Shown: one piece after another, positions 51,701 to 62,219 of the stretch
Position numbering within the stretch: the stretch's first letter is position 1
Layout: each line of letters begins with the position of its first letter
Notes under the pieces: generated by a model
What the model was told of the DNA's origin: nothing
Seen by the model: only the letters and a program-made list of their open reading frames with translations
The model's database searches: none
NCBI RefSeq assembly: GCF_964194025.1
Contig: NC_134472.1
Location: forward strand, 13,640,001-13,704,000
DNA: 64,000 bases
Direction of reading: 5' to 3'
From: Convolutriloba macropyga
Lineage: Eukaryota
Made by a program: the position numbers and the translations under genes

Positions 51701-54700
51701 GCCGAGGCGCAAGATTTTGACTCGAATCGTGAAAGTCACCCGGTTCTGCCCTCTAAGACGGAAAATCCGTTAAGCGTTGCGTATTTGGAAGCTTGTTTGA
51801 AAGATTTGGTTATCAATCAAAATTGGGGTGATGGCGAAAGAACTGAGTCGACTTCATTTCATGACGGTCAGCTAAATATAGCCAAATCTCTAAGCTCTAT
51901 AATCAACGCGCAAAACCATTTGACGGTTTCGGAGAACTTGCAATTGCTCAAAAGCTATCTGTTACTGTCGCAAAACGAACCTGATTTGTATGCTAAGTAT
52001 TTATCCCAGCTTGATTTCTCAGTAGCATTAGAAAGGTTCCTTTCAGCGAGTCCGAGCAGTAATGAAGACAGAAAATTGCTGGGTGATATCACAGATTTTA
52101 TCAATTTTCTGTTGAGAAACGGTCACAGTTTTGGTGAAATCAAGTCTTGGGTCGACAACACTCTTGCATCGAAAGAACGTCTGGTATTGACTTGCTTGAA
52201 TGACCCGAGCACTCAAAGTGATTTGAGTCTAACTGACTGTTTATTAAAGTGCCTCTTAAATTTTGGACTTCAGAAATCTGCAATTTTAGATGCAAAAAGC
52301 GCTCCTCAAATCGTATCTTCTGTCATCGAAAGAATTAAAGTTTGCGACAATGCAGAAACTTATGATTTGGCATCGCTCCATAAGTGCCTCACAGTTCTAG
52401 CTGTGGTCACTGAAACAAAGAATTGGTCTGAGCTTATGAAAGAATTGATTATTTCCCAAATATTCCCCACTCTGGTTTCGATTATAAACTCATTTTCAAC
52501 TGGTCGTATTTCAAATTTGTCATTCATGGGCTGTGCGGTTATTGAAATGATTTTGAGAGTGTTGGGAAACTTGGCGAGAGAAATGACTAAAATGTTCAGA
52601 GCGAACTGTGTCTGGATCGAACAATGGAAGCGACCGTCTCTTGAAAACCAACAGCCTTTTAACTGGCTGACTAGTTTACTTGCGCATAGAAACCCTCAAA
52701 TTAGATTGCTAAGTTATAACTTAGTTGCCCAGTTTAGTGTACATAAACGAGGGCAGATAATTATGGATGAGGCTTTTAAGCGATTCGCCGGTGGTCTGTG
52801 GACTATATTGTTCGAAGTTGCTCTTGATAAATCCGAATGTTGCGCCGTGAAAACACAATGCATTGCAACGTTGGTGCAGCTCACAAAAGATCAGAATTTC
52901 CCGTCTTTAGATGAAAGCGACGAGAACTGCTACGTTGGACCCTTAGTTGTGGATAATTTGGAAAATTTTCCAGTTTCTGGTCTGAGAGCGTTGGAAAAGC
53001 TTATAGTCAGTTTTGAACTGTTCCCGATTTTTGCCCAAGCTCTGATGCAGTATTTCCCATTTAGCGCTGTAAAGTTGGCCCAGAAGGTATCGGGAAGCAA
53101 CAGCTTAGAAAAATTTAACCTTGAATTCTGTCGAATGAATTTAGAATTGTCTCAGTTTTCAATCGAAGCGTCTGAGGCAGTTGCAACTCCGGCATACATT
53201 GCAGCACTGTGCAATTTTATGAGCAACTGCGTCCTATTGTTACCCGAAGTTTCACTCAAAGCCTTCAAAAGTTTCAACCTGTATCAATCTCTGCTGCGAA
53301 CCTTAGACGACTCTGTACTTTCGAGAATTGTGCAGAAATATGACAACGTTACCAATTTGTCCGACAAATTTAGACTGAGGATTCTGTTTCAAGACTTAGT
53401 TGTGATGTACAAAAGTATAGTGCAGCTTTTGACTTTCTTGCATGTTAATTTCTCAAAAGTAGTTCCGAACGCTTCGTTGCTAGTTTCGACGCTGACCCGA
53501 TTCTTGTGCCTTAAGATCCCGAGCAGTGCAACCCTACTCGAAGAGAAATCGGATTCTAATCGGACTAAAGAAGCTATCAATTTGGATCTCAGACACGAAA
53601 CGCTGACGTTGATAGCTCAAATTTCCAGAAGTCTCAAAACCTTGCTGCAGAAATACGAAGCGAAATGTTTAAGTGAAGAAAGTTTAGCAGTTTTAAGAAG
53701 TCAGAACAATGATTTCTGCTGCGTAGCATTGACTGTTATTCGTAGTTTTTCAGACAGTCAAAGCAACGTTGGAGAGTTTCTGAATCTGATGACCTTTCTT
53801 TTGGCAAGGCTTCCAGAGAAATTTTTAGAGGTTAAGAGTGTTAACGATTCGGATGATTGCTTCATGTCGAAAGTTACCGGAGCGCTTATTATCCTTTTGG
53901 ATTTGAAGTCATCTCAGAGTCCGAACAAGACGGTTGAAAATTGCTTGCGTACCATTTTGGCTACGAGTGAGTACGCTAAGCAAACTGCGCTGCGGGAGAA
54001 ATTTCCCCAATTTCTGGTAGACCAGTTGCAAAGTAGTCATTGCAAACTTACTACCATGTGCATAACTTCCTTGCATAGTTCGACAGCACGTGATGAAAAT
54101 ATAGGAAGCACAATTTATGCATGCTTCAATATGATCCGCAATATTATGTTTAATTCGGAGGAGTGCAAGAATGTTTTCCATAATCTGGGATTTACTCCAT
54201 TAGTTTCAAAACTGTGGCATTGGTGCATTACAGATGCGCCATTAATGCACGCGATGTTTGAGTGCCTGCAAGTTTATGCCGCAAGATGCCATAATGCAGC
54301 TTTGTCAATGTCTTTGCATTCAATTCCTCAAAATTCGGTATCAGTAAATCGTCATGCGTCATCTAATACGATAGTCAATCTCTTGATCAAAGCTGCCCTT
54401 AAGGAATCGAACCAAGCCACCGCTACCCGGACAAATTTACCCCTATTGAATGCTATTTTTGCGCTCCTTCAAACTTTAAGTTTGACCACTGAATGCCGGG
54501 GAATTATGTGGAAAGCAAACTTTCTTCAGAAGTTCTCAGAATTGAATGTTCCTAAAAAGATCCTGTCACACCCGAGTAATGGACAAGTTGCGCAAAACTG
54601 TGACGAATCATTCTTGTTATGGTTGAACTTGTTTGTGAACGTATCATTTAGCAGTGATGGTCAGCAAATGATTGCAAAGATGAATACTAGCATTGACAAA

Positions 54701-55105
54701 ATAATCGAAACATTGAGAATGAGTATCACTCAAGTAGTAAACAACATAGTCGAAACAACTGCGGATGTTGCGATTAAATGCTTGACCATATTGCACAACT
54801 TATGTTTTAATTTATCCAACAAATCAAAACTTCTGGCAAACGCAGCTTTTGTTCCCACTCTTATGCGGGTGCTCTCGGAGTCACAGAATGAAAAGATTAT
54901 TTTGGCTGTTTCGGCAACATTTTGGGCAATTTTGTTCAGCAATCAGAAAGCCAAAGTTGCATTCAAAAGCGCGCTATTGTTACCCGTTGTGCAGAAAACA
55001 CTTCTGTGGGTAGAAACGAAGATTGCAAACGATTCGCGCAATGCGAATCTGTTCAAAGCGAGTTGCTATCTAAAAAGCATCAATTCTTGCCTTCTGGAGA
55101 AATAG
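48716..55105 (+). CDS. RTTN: rotatin (centriole/cilia ARM-repeat protein), single coding exon, 2129 aa from the first ATG
   Basis: The N-terminus LIEKLSHSLEDVRVPALRSLLSKLE...QEKLLFVKLLEWFN...IGAVDFFSQLRPNV matches the RTTN N-terminal domain. Also FPWRPLTHSDKTVL, DFPAEVFLQHPSIV, FSSDGQQMI and LHNLCFNLSNKSKLL. Length is typical of rotatin. The track start at 48683 is TTG; the first ATG is 48716. AATAAA at ~55122. Confidence 0.95.
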   Translation: MVYAVGDVKPLIEKLSHSLEDVRVPALRSLLSKLELSLITVEDLCQEKLLFVKLLEWFNYENVTNEDLVFNLLNKLVSNRASADILLRIGAVDFFSQLRPNVQEKFLPEVDSLIHKLLTVPDVIEIDPEINFSRNQVNVNNNTTLVNLVSNERQRFEEATEAINERHNFTNRSNIATVQFEQLNQSSEYIGDVGFIDFLYFPWRPLTHSDKTVLESAKSSLIGGNSSIVILSCKFINDVLFSDFPAEVFLQHPSIVEELFELIKVRQRKNWDLHLEPLNALITLTENLLKRFSVMNDPHYHTPSLLNHGHALGTSYANKASSSVVEDLSRSMSQAKCLASKPTDTSFCSESTIEGPFRGQNQLPEIDEEEELIAEDIKTCQYSVPQYCAVVLSSLQHLFKSSNLELILKTTELSLLVTELITKSINIEVLWKTESALASIFRKDIEVFAHALTVAIKSHSGQIQVLPAEFDYNLKDRENEVSILNLIVMIFGKFSTSVLTSVKVIKSSAHALEVKTVASEVIYNYEFSKFYPSIRQQIIDTCITNSSRLAERLAFDEKVLTSIENLSEVMKPEQKLEAGRFVESIKDSHLALSFSQSNFELIDRLIEMTSDYCDYSDHFYSTLLSVLTEYLKSPNDAVRSYTYKGCQKFVEKCLEIDANANKMTNQPSQMLKFLLTEEILTVFIQNGLLDQNENIKETACWMLYEFLNSQLLFESETWNFFINNVMHYFVFLQSLTSKDSKFGATLLNMVAESQAVQNASVLNIPPVDKLRGCLRLMFNTDLKVRIEAVGMLVWHLAREAQGHLKLPSFSNSTMPRLHNLMFPENQITVEKYACERMKTKTQTLDSVLDIAQSSKLDEGVKKSAFDQVAILLQDPNIHQHFIDRNGIGYIESTLSAALEKANEDKIEHQYLPSVVSIFRNLFFWQSKIRHRFSHDSRMLYSLVRSAFVLTENVGALADVHFAIALLLFDEVLQPGNEEIFSIPRIIRLHFKLPFTAEAQDFDSNRESHPVLPSKTENPLSVAYLEACLKDLVINQNWGDGERTESTSFHDGQLNIAKSLSSIINAQNHLTVSENLQLLKSYLLLSQNEPDLYAKYLSQLDFSVALERFLSASPSSNEDRKLLGDITDFINFLLRNGHSFGEIKSWVDNTLASKERLVLTCLNDPSTQSDLSLTDCLLKCLLNFGLQKSAILDAKSAPQIVSSVIERIKVCDNAETYDLASLHKCLTVLAVVTETKNWSELMKELIISQIFPTLVSIINSFSTGRISNLSFMGCAVIEMILRVLGNLAREMTKMFRANCVWIEQWKRPSLENQQPFNWLTSLLAHRNPQIRLLSYNLVAQFSVHKRGQIIMDEAFKRFAGGLWTILFEVALDKSECCAVKTQCIATLVQLTKDQNFPSLDESDENCYVGPLVVDNLENFPVSGLRALEKLIVSFELFPIFAQALMQYFPFSAVKLAQKVSGSNSLEKFNLEFCRMNLELSQFSIEASEAVATPAYIAALCNFMSNCVLLLPEVSLKAFKSFNLYQSLLRTLDDSVLSRIVQKYDNVTNLSDKFRLRILFQDLVVMYKSIVQLLTFLHVNFSKVVPNASLLVSTLTRFLCLKIPSSATLLEEKSDSNRTKEAINLDLRHETLTLIAQISRSLKTLLQKYEAKCLSEESLAVLRSQNNDFCCVALTVIRSFSDSQSNVGEFLNLMTFLLARLPEKFLEVKSVNDSDDCFMSKVTGALIILLDLKSSQSPNKTVENCLRTILATSEYAKQTALREKFPQFLVDQLQSSHCKLTTMCITSLHSSTARDENIGSTIYACFNMIRNIMFNSEECKNVFHNLGFTPLVSKLWHWCITDAPLMHAMFECLQVYAARCHNAALSMSLHSIPQNSVSVNRHASSNTIVNLLIKAALKESNQATATRTNLPLLNAIFALLQTLSLTTECRGIMWKANFLQKFSELNVPKKILSHPSNGQVAQNCDESFLLWLNLFVNVSFSSDGQQMIAKMNTSIDKIIETLRMSITQVVNNIVETTADVAIKCLTILHNLCFNLSNKSKLLANAAFVPTLMRVLSESQNEKIILAVSATFWAILFSNQKAKVAFKSALLLPVVQKTLLWVETKIANDSRNANLFKASCYLKSINSCLLEK

Positions 55106-55556
55106 ATTTTAAGTTGTCATCAATAAATTCATCAATTTTTTCTGATTTCATCAAAATCGTCATTAATCAAGTTGTTCGATTCAGTGTTGTTTAATTTAGT
55201 CAAGTAGATTCAAACTGACATAATGCTTGTAAATGGCAAAGAATTTTCAGTTAAACAAAAAAAGTCTAGTTAGTTTTTTTAGTTTAACATAAAATTTTGC
55301 AGAATTTCCTACTTGACTACAATTTTATGCAATGAGTATTGTAAATATGTTTAATCTGTATATAAGCCGTTTTTACGATTGACTGTTTTCTGTTCATTTC
55401 TCAACTATAAATGTTTTTGTCTAGTTTTGCCTTTACTGATTCGCAAGAAAAATCGGATTTCGGCAATAATCTCCGTGAAAATACTTCTGCCGTTTTTCAG
55501 ATTTTAACTGATTTTTACGAATCTGGTGATTTCTGAAATTATTTTAACGTTCAATA

Positions 55557-56394
55557 ATGAGTAGTGAAGAGTTTGAATCAGGTTCTGAAGACAATGGTGG
55601 GGGCGCAGAGAGGAAGAAGAAAAAGAAGCGAACAGTTGAGCAAGAAATCAAATTCCAATTCGAGAAAATCAACGCTGATCTTTTATCTGGCTACAGACAT
55701 AAAAAAATTTTATCAAGTGAAATTCGGAACATTGTCAACACTCGAATGCTTAAGTCTCCCATTATTGGTTCTGAGAATTTGACAATTGGGGAATTGGTAT
55801 ACCAAACAAAAATACATGAATATGGTTCTGATGAAAAAGATGAGACAGTTACTGTTTTGGTTCTTATTGAGACGAATTCAGTCAAATGTGTTGGAAAGCT
55901 GAAGTTCAAGGAAGCGCTTCCCTGTCCTTTACCCGAGTTGCTGCATAATTATGTTCTACCCTATCCAGACACATCAATGTATTCCATTCCTTACAGTAGT
56001 TTTTCACGGTGGATACCAGTCTCGAGTTTGCCGGGTATTGCCAGTTTGCACCGAAGGAAGAGTCCCAACTTTGATCGTGATCTTGATGAGCGAACTCGTT
56101 GGTTATGGAGATCACATATTTCAGAGTCGATGAAACAGTCTATCACGCTACCGAATCCACGAGAAGAAAAAAAGAAATCGGCAGATCAAGATGATGAAAT
56201 GGAAGCGCATTTCTGTGAAATTCTGTCGACCTTGTTTGATGAGAAAGAGAATATGAATTCAAGGTTGTCGTTTCTGCCGAGCGAGATTCTCGAAACTGTT
56301 TATTCGCATGTTGTCAACTACTGGAGGTCGTGCATTGAGACAAGAGGAATTTTTGCTAGTGTCGTGGCGCAAGTGACTTTCCCGAAACCTACGG
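55557..56394 (+). CDS. first coding exon A of an uncharacterised gene (paralog of exon B)
   Basis: ATG ORF whose homology to exon B ends at FPKPT-G, followed by a canonical G|GTAAGT donor (phase 1). F-box-like LSFLPSEILETVYSHV near the end. Confidence 0.8.
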
Positions 56395-58708
56395 GTAAGT
56401 CTAAAAGTGGTCACTTTTGTGCTTTGCTCTACTAAATTGCCTCGATAGTTTCTATTTGTTCTTAATTTGACCAAATTTTTATGTCCCTTTCTGATATTGG
56501 GTTGTAACAATTATTGTTCCCACCTCATATGAGGGTAGGAACCATGCTAGTCTGACTTCAACGTTCTTTCAGTTTTGAGCCTCCCAAAATATTAAAAGCA
56601 GATACTTATCAGTGGTATTACTGTTTGAAAGCCTTAGTGGAGGAGTATATTCTAGCAATTGGATTTTGACTTCAGGGCTTGCAGAGCAGATTAGATTTAT
56701 GGGAAAATTGACTTAACCGCTGAAATTCGCGATATTCATTACTTTCTGATACTTGTCTGAAATTTGTCATATACTTGTCTGAAAAAGCTGAAATTTGTCA
56801 TATCAAGACATTTTTCTCTTGAAAATGAAAAAATGAAATGAAGAAGCCTTTCACGTGTTTGTTTCCACAAATTTACCTTCCGGTAAATGACCATTGAACA
56901 GAATTGTGCTGAGCTTGTTTTGGTTTAGAGCGTCTGGATTAAAGCAATTGAAAAAACAGTTTTTTTTAGTTATCAAAGAAAAGACTTCATTTTTTTACTG
57001 CTATTGGACTGCAAAAGCGATGGTAGTCGCGTGGGTGTCAGGTTTTTGCTTGAGTTTTGTGATCTTCTGTGTTTCCGTCATTTTTTTTATTTTGTTGAAC
57101 GTATATTAAATTGACGTTTGTCAATGTTGATGAAGGTATTTTGCAAGCCACAATTTTTTTGTTCATCTTGTGAGCTATATATTTTGGTAATGCAATCTTT
57201 AACACTCAAGAAAATATTTATTTTTACACTTATTTCAAGTTTTTTTGAAAACTTTTATATTTTTTGAGTTTTTCTATATTTAGGGTCAAATGAAACCTGT
57301 TTAGGGCTTGAAGATTAGTTACTGGATGGTTTCTAGAGTGAAGGCGGTTGTTTTGAATATAATATCGCGAATTTGGCAACTTTTCGTTAATGTTTAAATA
57401 AATGTTGCTCCTTCAATGAAAGCCTTAGCAAAAGTAGAACTAAAGGTATTGATTTTAGACTCAATTGTAAGAAGAATTTTACTGAAACAAGAAATTGGAT
57501 ATTTTAAACGATATTGATAATTGAAGTCTGTACTATCTAAAGAGTTCCTTTTTCAAATTTTTGTCTTCCGAGTTCTCTAGGGCCAGTAAAACTTCTCTAG
57601 GGTTTGAAAATAATTTACTGCGTAGTTTCTTAGGGCAATGAAATTGATTTTAAGATCCTAGTACCACGAATTTTAGCCATTTTTCATTTTTTTTAAAAAA
57701 AACTATGGTCAGTTGTTGATCTTTAGGGGCAATGAAACTTTAAAGAGCTTGAAGATTTTTAACGTGAACGAATTTGGTTTTAAGATAATAATGAAAAATT
57801 TCTTAGCGAATTTCTGAATTCTTTTGCTCTTTTTAAATTTTAATTGTTGTTCATTACTTCTCCGTCAAATATTGGTTGGGTCACGGATGTACGAGAGATT
57901 GTAATTAACATTTTCTCAAATTAATGGTTAGGAAATTGCATTTCGCGTTTGCGCCGAGAATATTACTGTTCGGTTTTGTCCGTCATCGCCTTTCGCTTCG
58001 AGTTTCTCCTTATAGACCCATTTTATTGGGTTGTCTGTCAATTGTTAATATTTTGTTGCAAACTATCTGTATATGAGGTTTCTTTACGAATAGTTTTTTC
58101 TGTAGTTACCATTAAATTTAAATTTATCAGATTGCGTATATTTATTTTTCAGATAGTTTTCTCATATTTCCTGTTGTTTCCAAATGCTTACTATAATACT
58201 ACTTATATAGGTTATGCATTAGGTCAGTGAGGATGGTCACTTTTCTATTTCGGGTCGTTTCCGGAATTCTTCCGGCTAAGTTTTTGGCTTCGAAGGTGAC
58301 TTTTTTACGCTTCGTTTCTTCATTTTTTAAGTTCTCTCAATTGCTCTCATTGTTTGTTGCTAATATAAAGATATCAGACTGATACTGTTTCCCTGTGCAA
58401 TCTATTTCGGTCAAATGATTAGCTCAGACATTTAGCTCTGATAGTGATACATGAGACCCACAGTCAAATTCGTGCCTCCAATGGAAGCTGAAATTTACAT
58501 ATAGGCACCTGTTTATTTCAGGTCAATTCCCTCTGCCTGAGATGGTTGTTTTTTAGTTTTTACTTGATGTCAATTTTTTTTGAGGCTGGGATAGTAAGAT
58601 TTTTGGACAACTATGAGATTCTTGGAAATCGTTTAATTTTTTTCAGATTTCAAATGATCTGAAAATATTTGCACCGTTGGAATGTCAATTTCCTGAGATC
58701 TTTGAATC

Positions 58709-59519
58709 ATGAGCTGTGATGCGTTAACACTAGTGCCCAAGCACAGTATTGAGGATGTTGTCCATTCTGTCTTCGATGAGGTTAAACAAGGGCTTGTATC
58801 AAGATTCGGTCTTTATAAGGAAATTTTATCCGGTGAAATAAGGAATGTAGTAGACTCAAGAACCTTGAAATCGTCCCTCATCGGTAATGAAAATCTAACT
58901 GTCGCCGAGTTTTATTATAAAATTAAGGTTATTGACATTGGCGCTGATGATAAAGAGGAGTTTGTTACGATTTTATCTTTTATTGAAACGAACTCGACAG
59001 AAAGGATCGGAAATATTAGGATTAAAAATGAACTGCCTTGCTCTTTACATGACATATTTTATCAGTATCTATTGCCAGATCCGCGATTAACCGATTCCTG
59101 GGTGGGAGAAATTACCTTTTCTAATTATGAGAATTTGATCCCAATTTCGTTATTGCCCGGGATTTCCAAACTTCATCGAAGGGGGCATTTTGCCTATGAT
59201 CAGGAGTTTTTACAGCGTTCGCGTTTCTTATGGCATTCGGAATTCTCAAGTAAGGAGAGAAAGTCGATCAAATCGTTTGAAACGCGTGTAAGCAAGAAAA
59301 CGGCCCTGAAGAAACGCCATGATTTAGAGACCCATTTTTGCCAAATTCTCGGAGTAATGTTGGAAGAAAAAGAAAATTCGCAGTCGTTTCTCGCGTTATT
59401 GTCGACAGAGGTTCTTGAGACTATTTATTCCCATGTCGTGAATTACTGGAAGTCTTGCATCGAGACGAGAGGCATTTTTGCGAGTATTGTTGCCCGCGTG
59501 AAGTTCCCAGAGCCAACAG
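58709..59519 (+). CDS. first coding exon B of an uncharacterised gene (paralog of exon A)
   Basis: Collinear with exon A (ILSGEIRNVV, IGNENLT, SLLPGISKLHRR, ETIYSHVVNYWKSCIETRGIFAS). Ends FPEPT-G at CAG|GTACTC (phase 1). Confidence 0.8.
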
Positions 59520-60883
59520 GTACTCAGCATGCGCTAGATATGCTGTTACTTGTCGCATGGAACATTTTGTGCATGGTACGTCTGGTGTAGATCAGTAACG
59601 CATTTTGTCTTCATTTTCCTTCATTGTACCTTCGTTTGCTGTATTCGAGATAAGAACCTATATCATTTAGTCTAACGAAGAGAGGTTTAATTCCTAGTTA
59701 TTTTCTGACAGTTTCCGGTGGACAGTCATAATGCTTCTATTTGGTTTTAATGCAATTTAAACAGTTGAAATTCCAAGCGTTTTGCTGTTAACGCCGGGCC
59801 ACATTTTTGATTATCTGATAGCGGTCTGATCTATGCCCCAAGAATTTCAATGCCTCGCTTGTAATTTAGATTAACTATTCCAAAAGATTATTCCAAAAAG
59901 GTATTAGTCTTAGGATGATTATTGCTGTTCCCTGCTCCACAACAGGCAATGGGCGGGTATGGCTGATTTTGCACCGAAGTCTCGTCAGCTGTATTGCGAC
60001 GTTTGCCTGTATCTCGCGTTCATTGGCTCCAGCCCACTATAGATTGTGTTTTTGATTGAACTCAATTCGCTAATCGACATCTAGCTGAGTTGAGTCACGC
60101 AAACTTGATTTGCTCTTTTTTAAAGCCACTGGAAGCATGCAACCACTCTGTATGCGCTCGAGCCATGTCGAATCAGGTGGTCCGCTAGAATACAGTCTGA
60201 TCTTTATCCCAGAGCCCCGAAAGGGTGATCTACAGCTAAGGTACAATGGCGTCATTGCTGTCTCGTACCGCAGAGCATCTAAGTTTACAGACATGTCTCA
60301 ATGCCGTTTTAGATAAAGTATCTGAATGAGAAAATTAAAAAGTACTAGCAGCCGTACAATATATAAAATGCTTAGTCTGGGACGAGCAACTAAGCAGTGG
60401 TATATTACGAGTACTTAGTTTACAGGTCCTAATATAATAATCAAATATTTTTTTCGAGAGAATTGTTTTGTAAACGGACAAGAAAGTTACTGAATCAATT
60501 CTAAAGTCGGAGGGTTTGTGGATGAACGTTCTATCTCAATTCGCGCCTACTGGTAATGGCTGGCACTAATTTGCCCGCAGGTGGGTGCGCCGCACTTGAG
60601 GAACTAGGCCTAAAGAGGGACAATAGTCGAGCCCAGCTTAATACAGACAAAGTTGACACTAGCTTCAATGCATTAGTGTGGTAACTGTAGTGTAATTAGC
60701 ATGCACGTATGAGAGAAGTTTATCTCATTATTTTTGTATGTTTCATTTTTGCCAAGACATTGCTATTTAGATAGACTCATGTTTGTTCCTGCATGTGTTC
60801 TTCAAGTATTTAAAGTAGCATTGATTAGATAGTTTGTGATATCGGAGTTGACGTAAAAAATCTGATTTGAATTCTGTTTCCAG

Positions 60884-61131
60884 GAATCTACTGTAACATG
60901 ATGCCGATAATGTTGGGCTATGCCGAGTCAATCCCAGAAAATATGCGTCAATATATTCCTCTATTGGCGGCCTGTCCAATTAGCCGACAGGAGTTTGACA
61001 AAATTGGCTACTTGACCATCCACGAATCGACTATCGAAACAGATGGAAAGAGTCAAAGAAGGGGAGGAGTCCACACCGAGACACCAGGAAAAGTATTCCT
61101 ACAAGCTACTGATGACTGTTCATTGCCAGAG
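60884..61131 (+). CDS. downstream shared exon, start of a putative 2OG-Fe(II) dioxygenase-like domain
   Basis: Acceptor TTCTGTTTCCAG|GA completes the phase-1 Gly, giving GIYCNMMPIMLG...KIGYLTIHESTIE...SQRRGGVHTETPG. Donor GAG|GTTAGT (phase 0). The exon is well supported; the domain call is tentative. Confidence 0.75.
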
Positions 61132-62185
61132 GTTAGTTTACAGATAGTTCACATTAAATTTAAGTTGAATTGTTCTGAAACCAGATTTGGGAGCTGTTTT
61201 GCTTGCATCCCCTAGTTATATAGACTATAACACTTTGTAATAAATAATTATTAATCTTTTCAGTGTTATTAATCGCTATCGAACGAAGCTTGAAGAAATT
61301 TTTTTAAAGGTGTGTCTTTTTATGCAGAATTTTTGATTGGCAGTTTTGTTCTATTACATTCTTTCGATTTTTCACGGGTGACTTTTTCACGCTTGACCTT
61401 TTCTGGGTCTAGTTTTTTTTATATAGTAAATAAAATTGCTGCAAATTAATGTCCAGGATTTAACCTGCTATGTTTTTTTTAGCCGCACAGTGATAGCTGG
61501 GGCTATTATTGGCCTTCTCTTGGTTTTTACAATCCAAGAATCGAATTGTATTGGGGCTCTGTCGTTTTATTTTCTTGTAAGATGTTTTCACACAATTTTC
61601 ATGACTTTGATCTTTCAAAACGGGATAAACAGGTAAAGCCCAGCGGGCATTAAGTTTTATCAGAAGCCCTAAGTTAGCTTTTCTAATATTTCAAATGCCT
61701 AGAGTGGTGAAGCTGCTAGAAAGGCCTCAATTCAAGGTTAAATGATCACTTTCAGGAGTTTTTGAGCCCAAAATGAATGGTGCAATTTTTCATGTTTTTT
61801 TCGTCATTTTTTCAAGTTTTCTTACTAGTCTTGAATTTAAGTTTGTTAAATTTGATTAAGTTATTTTGCAGAATTTAATTAGTTTTTATTACTATTGTTT
61901 TAGCTATCTATTTTTCTAATGCAAACATAATCGCGAGAAATGATACTAATTTTTGCCATTTTTCAAAGTTTTTTAAATGTTTCGTTAATTTTGGGAGTTT
62001 CTGCTGCCTCAAGTGCATGGAATTTCCGCTGGGTTTGAAAATAGATTTTTGCATAGGTTCTAGTGGTAATGGAATGGTTTTTAAGATTTTATTATCACGA
62101 GTTTTAGCAATTTGTTTTAAAAAAATTGCTACTTTTTTTTTGAAAAGTCTTGATTAATTCTCTTTATAATTCTGTGAGCCCAGTG

Positions 62186-62187
<2 letters not shown>

Positions 62188-62217
<30 letters not shown>
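62188..62217. repeat. (GA)n microsatellite
   Basis: Directly visible. Confidence 0.9.

Positions 62218-62219
<2 letters not shown>

Noticed and set aside
56395-56435. C-terminal tails of track ORFs 55557-56435, 58709-59590 and 60898-61215
   Set aside because: These are read-through into introns past GT donors; A/B homology stops exactly at the donor.
60195-60235. Hammerhead ribozyme around CTGATC...CCCGAAAGGG
   Set aside because: It lacks the CUGAnGA core and closing stems; only a small GNRA hairpin is present.
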